Shown piece after piece: positions 23,201 through 35,200 of a DNA stretch of 64,000 nt. Made by a program: the position numbers and the translations under genes. Numbering within the stretch: position 1 is the stretch's first letter; each line of letters starts with the position of its first letter. Source of the stretch: the human T2T-CHM13v2.0 reference genome, Homo sapiens; NCBI RefSeq assembly GCF_009914755.1, contig NC_060947.1. The stretch is one strand, 5' to 3'. Below the pieces are notes generated by a model. It saw only the letters and a list, made by a program, of their open reading frames with translations, ran no database searches and was not told the DNA's origin.

Positions 23201-26200
23201 TCCTCAGAGAGGTCCAAATATCCCCTTGCAGATTCTACAAAACGTGTGTTTGGAAACTGCTCCATCATAACGAATGTTCAGCTCCCTGAGTTAAACTCCA
23301 TCGTCACAAAGAATTTTCTGAGAGTGCTACCGTCTGGTTTTTATATGAAGTTCTTTCCTTCACTACCACAGGCCTCAAAGCGGTCCAAATCTCCACTTGC
23401 AGATTCTACAAAAAGAGTGTTTGCAAACTGCTCTATCAAAAGGAATGTTCAACTCTGGGAGTTGAATGCAATCATCACAGAGCAGTTTCTGAGAATGCTT
23501 CTATGTCGTTTTTAGGAGAAGATATTTCCTTTTCCAACACAGTCCTCCAAGCCCGCTAAATAGCCACTTGCACATTGTAGAAAAAGTGTGTCAAAGCTGC
23601 GCTATCAAAGGGAAAGTTCAACTCTGTGAGTTGAATGCAAACATCCCAAAGAAGTTTCTGAGAATGCTTCCGTTTAGCTTTTAGGTGAAGATTATCCCGT
23701 TTCCAACGAAACCTTCAAAGAGGTCCAAATATCCCCTTGCGGATCCCACAGAAAGAGTGTTTCGAAACTGCTGTTTCAAAAGGAATCTTCAACTCTGTGA
23801 GTTGAATGCAATCATCACAAAGAAGTTTCTGACAATGCTTCTCTCTCGTCTTTCTGTGAAGATAAAGGAAAAGGCTTTCAGGCCTTTTCCACCACAGGCC
23901 TGAAAGCGCTCCAAATGTCCACTTGCAGATTCTGCGAAAAGAATATTTCAAAACTGCTCTATGAAAAGCAATGTTAAACTCTGTGGCTCGAACACAAACA
24001 TCACAAAGCGGTTTCTGAGAATGCTTCAGTTTAGTTTTTCTGTGGAAATATTCCCGTTTCCAAAGAAATCTTCAAAGAGGTCCACGTATCCACTTACAGA
24101 TTCTACAAAAAGACAGTTTCAAAACTGCTCCATCAAAAGGAGGGTTCAACTGTGTGACTTGAATGCAATCATCACTCAGAAGTTTCTGAGAATGCTTCTC
24201 TTTAGTTTTTACGTGAACATATACCCGTTTCGAACGAAGGCCAGCCAGTGGTCCAAATATCCACTTGCAGATTCTACAGAAACAGTGTTTCGAACCTGAA
24301 CTCTCAAAGGCAGGTTCATCTCTGCGAGTTAAATGCATTCATCATGAAGAACTTTCTCAGAGTGTTTGTGTTTAGTTATGGGAAATTATTCCCGTTTCCA
24401 ACGAAATCCTCAGAGAGCTCCAAATATCCACCTGCAGATTCTACCAAAAGTGTATTTGGAAACCGCTCCATCAAAAGGCATGTTCAGCTCTGTCAGTGAA
24501 ACTCCATCATCACAAAGAATATTCTGAGAATGCTTCCGTTTGCCTTTTATATGAAGTTCCTTCCTATACGACCGTAGGCCTCAAAGCAGTCCAAATCTCC
24601 ATTTGCAGATTCTACAAAAAGAGTGATTCCAATCTGCTCTATCAATAGGATTGTTCAACTCCATGAGTTGAATGCCATCCTCACAAAGTAGTTTCTGAGA
24701 ATGCTTCTATCTAGTTTTTATGTGAAGATATTTCCTTTTCCACCACAGGCCTCAAAGCCCTCCAAACGTCCACTTGCAGATTCTCGAAAAAGAGTGTTTC
24801 ATAGCTGCTCTTTCAAAAGGAAAGTTCAACTCTGGGAGTTGAATACAAACATCACAAAGTAGTTTCCGAGAATGCTTCTGTTTAGTTTTTATGTGAAGAT
24901 GATCCCGTTTCCAGTGAAATCTTCAAAGAGGTCCACATATCCCCTTGCAGATTCCAAAGAAAGAGGGTTTCAAAACTGCTCCATCAGAAGGATTGTTCAA
25001 CTCTGTGAGTTGAATGCAGTCATCGCAGAAAACTTTCTGAGAATGCTTCTGTCTAGGTTTGATGTGAAGATATAGACGTTTCAAACGAAGGCTACAAAGT
25101 GGTCAAAATATACACTTGCAGATTCTACTACAAGGGTGTTGCAAACCTGAACTATCAAAGGAAGGTTCAACTCTGTGAGTTGAATACAAACATCACAAAG
25201 AATGTTCTGAGTTTGCTTCCGTTCAGTTATGGGAAGTTGATCCCGTTTCCAACGAAATCCTCAGAGAGGTCCAAATATCCCCTTGCAGATTCTACAAAAC
25301 GTGTGTTTGGAAACTGCTCCATCATAACGAATGTTCAGCTCCCTGAGTTAAACTCCATCGTCACAAAGAATTTTCTGAGAGTGCTACCGTCTGGTTTTTA
25401 TATGAAGTTCTTTCCTTCACTACCACAGACCTCAAAGCGGTCCAAATCTCCACTTGCAGATTCTACAAAAAGAGTGTTTGCAAACTGCTCTATCAAAAGG
25501 AATGTTCAACTCTGGGAGTTGAATGCAATCATCACAGAGCAGTTTCTGAGAATGCTTCTATGTCGTTTTTAGGAGAAGATATTTCCTTTTCCAACACAGT
25601 CCTCCAAGCCCGCTAAATAGCCACTTGCACATTGTAGAAAAAGTGTGTCAAAGCTGCGCTATCAAAGGGAAAGTTCAACTCTGTGAGGTGAATGCAAACA
25701 TCCCAAAGAAGTTTCTGAGAATGCTTCCGTTTAGCTTTTAGGTGAAGATTATCCCGTTTCCAACGAAACCTTCAAAGAGGTCCAAATATGCCCTTGCGGA
25801 TCCCACAGAAAGAGAGTTTCGAAACTGCTGTTTCAAAAGGAATCTTCAACTCTGTGAGTTGAATGCAATCATCACAAAGAAGTTTCTGACAATGCTTCTC
25901 TCTCGTCTTTCTGTGAAGATAAAGGAAAAGGCTTTCAGGCCTTTTCCACCACAGGCCTGAAAGCGCTCCAAATGTCCACTTGCAGATTCTGCGAAAAGAA
26001 TATTTCAAAACTGCTCTATGAAAAGCAATGTTAAACTCTGTGGCTCGAACACAAACATCACAAAGCGGTTTCTGAGAATGCTTCAGTTTAGTTTTTCTGT
26101 GGAAATATTCCCGTTTCCAAAGAAATCTTCAAAGAGGTCCACGTATCCACTTACAGATTCTACAAAAAGACAGTTTCAAAACTGCTCCATCAAAAGGAGG

Positions 26201-29200
26201 GTTCAACTGTGTGACTTGAATGCAATCATCACTCAGAAGTTTCTGAGAATGCTTCTCTTTAGTTTTTACGTGAACATATACCCGTTTCGAACGAAGGCCA
26301 GCCAGTGGTCCAAATATCCACTTGCAGATTCTACAGAAAGAGTGTTTCGAACCTGAACTCTCAAAGGCAGGTTCATCTCTGCGAGTTAAATGCATTCATC
26401 ATGAAGAACTTTCACAGAGTGTTTGTGTTTAGTTATGGGAAATTATTCCCGTTTCCAACGAAATCCTCAGAGAGCTCCAAATATCCACCTGCAGATTCTA
26501 CCAAAAGTGTATTTGGAAACTGCTCCATCAAAAGGCATGTTCAGCTCTGTGAGTGAAACTCCATCATCACAAAGAATATTCTGAGAATGCTTCCGTTTGC
26601 CTTTTATATGAAGTTCCTTCCTATACTAACGTAGGCCTCAAAGCAGTCCAAATCTCCATTTGCAGATTCTACAAAAAGAGTGATTCCAATCTGCTCTATC
26701 AATAGGATTGTTCAACTCCATGAGTTGAATGCCATCCTCACAAAGTAGTTTCTGAGAATGCTTCTATCTAGTTTTTATGTGAAGATATTTCCTTTTCCAC
26801 CACAGGCCTCAAAGCCCTCCAAACGTCCACTTGCAGATTCTCGAAAAAGAGTGTTTCATAGCTGCTCTTTCAAAAGGAAAGTTCAACTCTGGGAGTTGAA
26901 TACAAACATCACAAAGTAGTTTCCGAGAATGCTTCTGTTTAGTTGTTATGTGAAGATGATCCCGTTTCCAGTGAAATCTTCAAAGAGGTTCACATATCCC
27001 ATTGCAGATTCCAAAGAAAGAGGGTTTCAAAACTGCTCCATCAGAAGGATTGTTCAACTCTGTGAGTTGAATGCAGTCATCGCAGAAAACTTTCTGAGAA
27101 TGCTTCTGTCTAGGTTTGATGTGAAGATATAGACGTTTCAAACGAAGGCTACAAAGTGGTCAAAATATACACTTGCAGATTCTACTACAAGGGTGTTGCA
27201 AACCTGAACTATCAAAGGAAGGTTCAACTCTGTGAGTTGAATACAAACATCACAAAGAATGTTCTGAGTTTGCTTCCGTTCAGTTATGGGAAGTTGATCC
27301 CGTTTCCAACGAAATCCTCAGAGAGGTCCAAATATCCCCTTGCAGATTCTACAAAACGTGTGTTTGGAAACTGCTCCATCATAACGAATGTTCAGCTCCC
27401 TGAGTTAAACTCCATCGTCACAAAGAATTTTCTGAGAGTGCTACCGTCTGGTTTTTATATGAAGCTCTTTCCTTCACTACCAGAGGCCTCAAAGCGGTCC
27501 AAATCTCCACTTGCAGATTCTACAAAAAGAGTGTTTGCAAACTGCTCTATCAAAAGGAATGTTCAACTCTGGGAGTTGAATGCAATCATCACAGAGCAGT
27601 TTCTGAGAATGCTTCTATGTCGTTTTTAGGAGAAGATATTTCCTTTTCCAACACAGTCCTCCAAGCCCGCTAAATAGCCACTTGCACATTGTAGAAAAAG
27701 TGTGTCAAAGCTGCGCTATCAAAGGGAAAGTTCAACTCTGTGAGGTGAATGCAAACATCGCAAAGAAGTTTCTGAGAATGCTTCCGTTTAGCTTTTAGGT
27801 GAAGATTATCCCGTTTCCAACGAAACCTTCAAAGAGGTCCAAATATCCCCTTGCGGATCCCACAGAAAGAGTGTTTCGAAACTGCTGTTTCAAAAGGAAT
27901 CTTCAACTCTGTGAGTTGAATGCAATCATCACAAAGAAGTTTCTGACAATGCTTCTCTCTCGTCTTTCTGTGAAGATAAAGGAAAAGGCTTTCAGGCCTT
28001 TTCCACCACAGGCCTGAAAGCGCTCCAAATGTCCACTTGCAGATTCTGCGAAAAGAATATTTCAAAACTGCTCTATGAAAAGCAATGTTAAACTCTGTGG
28101 CTCGAACACAAACATCACAAAGCGGTTTCTGAGAATGCTTCAGTTTACTTTTTCTGTGGAAATATTCCCGTTTCCAAAGAAATCTTCAAAGAGGTCCACG
28201 TATCCACTTACAGATTCTACAAAAAGACAGTTTCAAAACTGCTCCATCAAAAGGAGGGTTCAACTGTGTGACTTGAATGCAATCATCACTCAGAAGTTTC
28301 TGAGAATGCTTCTCTTTAGTTTTTACGTGAACATATACCCGTTTCGAACGAAGGCCAGCCAGTGGTCCAAATATCCACTTGCAGATTCTACAGAAAGAGT
28401 GTTTCGAACCTGAACTCTCAAAGGCAGGTTCATCTCTGCGAGTTAAATGCATTCATCATGAAGAACTTTCTCAGAGTGTTTGTGTTTAGTTATGGGAAAT
28501 TATTCCCGTTTCCAACGAAATCCTCAGAGAGCTCCAAATATCCACCTGCAGATTCTACCAAAAGTGTATTTGGAAACTGCTCCATCAAAAGGCATGTTCA
28601 GCTCTGTGAGTGAAACTCCATCATCACAAAGAATATTCTGAGAATGCTTCCGTTTGCCTTTTATATGAAGTTCCTTCCTATACGACCGTAGGCCTCAAAG
28701 CAGTCCAAATCTCCATTTGCAGATTCTACAAAAAGAGTGATTCCAATCTGCTCTATCAATAGGATTGTTCAACTCCATGAGTTGAATGCCATCCTCACAA
28801 AGTAGTTTCTGAGAATGCTTCTATCTAGTTTTTATGTGAAGATATTTCCTTTTCCACCACAGGCCTCAAAGCCCTCCAAACGTCCACTTGCAGATTCTCG
28901 AAAAAGAGTGTTTCATAGCTGCTCTTTCAAAAGGAAAGTTCAACTCTGGGAGTTGAATACAAACATCACAAAGTAGTTTCCGAGAATGCTTCTGTTTAGT
29001 TTTTATGTGAAGATGATCCCGTTTCCAGTGAAATCTTCAAAGAGGTCCACATATCCCCTTGCAGATTCCAAAGAAAGAGGGTTTCAAAACTGCTCCATCA
29101 GAAGGATTGTTCAACTCTGTGAGTTGAATGCAGTCATCGCAGAAAACTTTCTGAGAATGCTTCTGTCTAGGTTTGATGTGAAGATATAGACGTTTCAAAC

Positions 29201-32200
29201 GAAGGCTACAAAGTGGTCAAAATATACACTTGCAGATTCTACTACAAGGGTGTTGCAAACCTGAACTATCAAAGGAAGGTTCAACTCTGTGAGTTGAATA
29301 CAAACATCACAAAGAATGTTCTGAGTTTGCTTCCGTTCAGTTATGGGAAGTTGATCCCGTTTCCAACGAAATCCTCAGAGAGGTCCAAATATCCCCTTGC
29401 AGATTCTACAAAACGTGTGTTTGGAAACTGCTCCATCATAACGAATGTTCAGCTCCCTGAGTTAAACTCCATCGTCACAAAGAATTTTCTGAGAGTGCTA
29501 CCGTCTGGTTTTTATATGAAGCTCTTTCCTTCACTACCACAGGCCTCAAAGCGGTCCAAATCTCCACTTGCAGATTCTACAAAAAGAGTGTTTGCAAACT
29601 GCTCTATCAAAAGGAATGTTCAACTCTGGGAGTTGAATGCAATCATCACAGAGCAGTTTCTGAGAATGCTTCTATGTCGTTTTTAGGAGAAGATATTTCC
29701 TTTTCCAACACAGTCCTCCAAGCCCGCTAAATAGCCACTTGCACATTGTAGAAAAAGTGTGTCAAAGCTGCGCTATCAAAGGGAAAGTTCAACTCTGTGA
29801 GGTGAATGCAAACATCCCAAAGAAGTTTCTGAGAATGCTTCCGTTTAGCTTTTAGGTGAAGATTATCCCGTTTCCAACGAAACCTTCAAAGAGGTCCAAA
29901 TATCCCCTTGCGGATCCCACAGAAAGAGTGTTTCGAAACTGCTGTTTCAAAAGGAATCTTCAACTCTGTGAGTTGAATGCAATCATCACAAAGAAGTTTC
30001 TGACAATGCTTCTCTCTCGTCTTTCTGTGAAGATAAAGGAAAAGGCTTTCAGGCCTTTTCCACCACAGGCCTGAAAGCGCTCCAAATGTCCACTTGCAGA
30101 TTCTGCGAAAAGAATATTTCAAAACTGCTCTATGAAAAGCAATGTTAAACTCTGTGGCTCGAACACAAACATCAAAAAGCGGTTTCTGAGAATGCTTCAG
30201 TTTAGTTTTTCTGTGGAAATATTCCCGTTTCCAAAGAAATCTTCAAAGAGGTCCACGTATCCACTTACAGATTCTACAAAAAGACAGTTTCAAAACTGCT
30301 CCATCAAAAGGAGGGTTCAACTGTGTGACTTGAATGCAATCATCACTCAGAAGTTTCTGAGAATGCTTCTCTTTAGTTTTTACGTGAACATATACCCGTT
30401 TCGAACGAAGGCCAGCCAGTGGTCCAAATATCCACTTGCAGATTCTACAGAAAGAGTGTTTCGAACCTGAACTCTCAAAGGCAGGTTCATCTCTGCGAGT
30501 TAAATGCATTCATCATGAAGAACTTTCTCAGAGTGTTTGTGTTTAGTTATGGGAAATTATTCCCGTTTCCAACGAAATCCTCAGAGAGCTCCAAATATCC
30601 ACCTGCAGATTCTACCAAAAGTGTATTTGGAAACTGCTCCATCAAAAGGCATGTTCAGCTCTGTGAGTGAAACTCCATCATCACAAAGAATATTCTGAGA
30701 ATGCTTCCGTTTGCCTTTTATATGAAGTTCCTTCCTATACGACCGTAGGCCTCAAAGCAGTCCAAATCTCCATTTGCAGATTCTACAAAAAGAGTGATTC
30801 CAATCTGCTCTATCAATAGGATTGTTCAACTCCATGAGTTGAATGCCATCCTCACAAAGTAGTTTCTGAGAATGCTTCTATCTAGTTTTTATGTGAAGAT
30901 ATTTCCTTTTCCACCACAGGCCTCAAAGCCCTCCAAACGTCCACTTGCAGATTCTCGAAAAAGAGTGTTTCATAGCTGCTCTTTCAAAAGGAAAGTTCAA
31001 CTCTGGGAGTTGAATACAAACATCACAAAGTAGTTTCCGAGAATGCTTCTGTTTAGTTTTTATGTGAAGATGATCCCGTTTCCAGTGAAATCTTCAAAGA
31101 GGTCCACATATCCCCTTGCAGATTCCAAAGAAAGAGGGTTTCAAAACTGCTCCATCAGAAGGATTGTTCAACTCTGTGAGTTGAATGCAGTCATCGCAGA
31201 AAACTTTCTGAGAATGCTTCTGTCTAGGTTTGATGTGAAGATATAGACGTTTCAAACGAAGGCTACAAAGTGGTCAAAATATACACTTGCAGATTCTACT
31301 ACAAGGGTGTTGCAAACCTGAACTATCAAAGGAAGGTTCAACTCTGTGAGTTGAATACAAACATCACAAAGAATGTTCTGAGTTTGCTTCCGTTCAGTTA
31401 TGGGAAGTTGATCCCGTTTCCAACGAAATCCTCAGAGAGGTCCAAATATCCCCTTGCAGATTCTACAAAACGTGTGTTTGGAAACTGCTCCATCATAACG
31501 AATGTTCAGCTCCCTGAGTTAAACTCCATCGTCACAAAGAATTTTCTGAGAGTGCTACCGTCTGGTTTTTATATGAAGCTCTTTCCTTCACTACCACAGG
31601 CCTCAAAGCGGTCCAAATCTCCACTTGCAGATTCTACAAAAAGAGTGTTTGCAAACTGCTCTATCAAAAGGAATGTTCAACTCTGGGAGTTGAATGCAAT
31701 CATCACAGAGCAGTTTCTGAGAATGCTTCTATGTCGTTTTTAGGAGAAGATATTTCCTTTTCCAACACAGTCCTCCAAGCCCGCTAAATAGCCACTTGCA
31801 CATTGTAGAAAAAGTGTGTCAAAGCTGCGCTATCAAAGGGAAAGTTCAACTCTGTGAGGTGAATGCAAACATCCCAAAGAAGTTTCTGAGAATGCTTCCG
31901 TTTAGCTTTTAGGTGAAGATTATCCCGTTTCCAACGAAACCTTCAAAGAGGTCCAAATATCCCCTTGCGGATCCCACAGAAAGAGTGTTTCGAAACTGCT
32001 GTTTCAAAAGGAATCTTCAACTCTGTGAGTTGAATGCAATCATCACAAAGAAGTTTCTGACAATGCTTCTCTCTCGTCTTTCTGTGAAGATAAAGGAAAA
32101 GGCTTTCAGGCCTTTTCCACCACAGGCCTGAAAGCGCTCCAAATGTCCACTTGCAGATTCTGCGAAAAGAATATTTCAAAACTGCTCTATGAAAAGCAAT

Positions 32201-35200
32201 GTTAAACTCTGTGGCTCGAACACAAACATCACAAAGCGGTTTCTGAGAATGCTTCAGTTTAGTTTTTCTGTGGAAATATTCCCGTTTCCAAAGAAATCTT
32301 CAAAGAGGTCCACGTATCCACTTACAGATTCTACAAAAAGACAGTTTCAAAACTGCTCCATCAAAAGGAGGGTTCAACTGTGTGACTTGAATGCAATCAT
32401 CACTCAGAAGTTTCTGAGAATGCTTCTCTTTAGTTTTTACGTGAACATATACCCGTTTCGAACGAAGGCCAGCCAGTGGTCCAAATATCCACTTGCAGAT
32501 TCTACAGAAAGAGTGTTTCGAACCTGAACTCTCAAAGGCAGGTTCATCTCTGCGAGTTAAATGCATTCATCATGAAGAACTTTCTCAGAGTGTTTGTGTT
32601 TAGTTATGGGAAATTATTCCCGTTTCCAACGAAATCCTCAGAGAGCTCCAAATATCCACCTGCAGATTCTACCAAAAGTGTATTTGGAAACTGCTCCATC
32701 AAAAGGCATGTTCAGCTCTGTGAGTGAAACTCCATCATCACAAAGAATATTCTGAGAATGCTTCCGTTTGCCTTTTATATGAAGTTCCTTCCTATACGAC
32801 CGTAGGCCTCAAAGCAGTCCAAATCTCCATTTGCAGATTCTACAAAAAGAGTGATTCCAATCTGCTCTATCAATAGGATTGTTCAACTCCATGAGTTGAA
32901 TGCCATCCTCACAAAGTAGTTTCTGAGAATGCTTCTATCTAGTTTTTATGTGAAGATATTTCCTTTTCCACCACAGGCCTCAAAGCCCTCCAAACGTCCA
33001 CTTGCAGATTCTCGAAAAAGAGTGTTTCATAGCTGCTCTTTCAAAAGGAAAGTTCAACTCTGGGAGTTGAATACAAACATCACAAAGTAGTTTCCGAGAA
33101 TGCTTCTGTTTAGTTTTTATGTGAAGATGATCCCGTTTCCAGTGAAATCTTCAAAGAGGTCCACATATCCCCTTGCAGATTCCAAAGAAAGAGGGTTTCA
33201 AAACTGCTCCATCAGAAGGATTGTTCAACTCTGTGAGTTGAATGCAGTCATCGCAGAAAACTTTCTGAGAATGCTTCTGTCTAGGTTTGATGTGAAGATA
33301 TAGACGTTTCAAACGAAGGCTACAAAGTGGTCAAAATATACACTTGCAGATTCTACTACAAGGGTGTTGCAAACCTGAACTATCAAAGGAAGGTTCAACT
33401 CTGTGAGTTGAATACAAACATCACAAGGAACGTTCTGAGTTTGCTTCCGTTCAGTTATGGGAAGTTGATCCCGTTTCCAACGAAATCCTCAGAGAGGTCC
33501 AAATATCCCCTTGCAGATTCTACAAAACGTGTGTTTGGAAACTGCTCCGTCATAACGAATGTTCAGCTCCCTGAGTTAAACTCCATCGTCACAAAGAATT
33601 TTCTGAGAGTGCTACCGTCTGGTTTTTATATGAAGTTCTTTCCTTCACTACCACAGACCTCAAAGCGGTCCAAATCTCCACTTGCAGATTCTACAAAAAG
33701 AGTGTTTGCAAACTGCTCTATCAAAAGGAATGTTCAACTCTGGGAGTTGAATGCAATCATCACAGAGCAGTTTCTGAGAATGCTTCTATGTCGTTTTTAG
33801 GAGAAGATATTTCCTTTTCCAACACAGTCCTCCAAGCCCGCTAAATAGCCACTTGCACATTGTAGAAAAAGTGTGTCAAAGCTGCGCTATCAAAGGGAAA
33901 GTTCAACTCTGTGAGGTGAATGCAAACATCCCAAAGAAGTTTCTGAGAATGCTTCCGTTTAGCTTTTAGGTGAAGATTATCCCGTTTCCAACGAAACCTT
34001 CAAAGAGGTCCAAATATCCCCTTGCGGATCCCACAGAAAGAGTGTTTCGAAACTGCTGTTTCAAAAGGAATCTTCAACTCTGTGAGTTGAATGCAATCAT
34101 CACAAAGAAGTTTCTGACAATGCTTCTCTCTCGTCTTTCTGTGAAGATAAAGGAAAAGGCTTTCAGGCCTTTTCCACCACAGGCCTGAAAGCGCTCCAAA
34201 TGTCCACTTGCAGATTCTGCGAAAAGAATATTTCAAAACTGCTCTATGAAAAGCAATGTTAAACTCTGTGGCTCGAACACAAACATCACAAAGCGGTTTC
34301 TGAGAATGCTTCAGTTTAGTTTTTCTGTGGAAATATTCCCGTTTCCAAAGAAATCTTCAAAGAGGTCCACGTATCCACTTACAGATTCTACAAAAAGACA
34401 GTTTCAAAACTGCTCCATCAAAAGGAGGGTTCAACTGTGTGACTTGAATGCAATCATCACTCAGAAGTTTCTGAGAATGCTTCTCTTTAGTTTTTACGTG
34501 AACATATACCCGTTTCGAACGAAGGCCAGCCAGTGGTCCAAATATCCACTTGCAGATTCTACAGAAAGAGTGTTTCGAACCTGAACTCTCAAAGGCAGGT
34601 TCATCTCTGCGAGTTAAATGCATTCATCATGAAGAACTTTCTCAGAGTGTTTGTGTTTAGTTATGGGAAATTATTCCCGTTTCCAACGAAATCCTCAGAG
34701 AGCTCCAAATATCCACCTGCAGATTCTACCAAAAGTGTATTTGGAAACTGCTCCATCAAAAGGCATGTTCAGCTCTGTGAGTGAAACTCCATCATCACAA
34801 AGAATATTCTGAGAATGCTTCCGTTTGCCTTTTATATGAAGTTCCTTCCTATACGACCGTAGGCCTCAAAGCAGTCCAAATCTCTATTTGCAGATTCTAC
34901 AAAAAGAGTGATTCCAATCTGCTCTATCAATAGGATTGTTCAACTCCATGAGTTGAATGCCATCCTCACAAAGTAGTTTCTGAGAATGCTTCTATCTAGT
35001 TTTTATGTGAAGATATTTCCTTTTCCACCACAGGCCTCAAAGCCCTCCAAACGTCCACTTGCAGATTCTCGAAAAAGAGTGTTTCATAGCTGCTCTTTCA
35101 AAAGGAAAGTTCAACTCTGGGAGTTGAATACAAACATCACAAAGTAGTTTCCGAGAATGCTTCTGTTTAGTTTTTATGTGAAGATGATCCCGTTTCCAGT

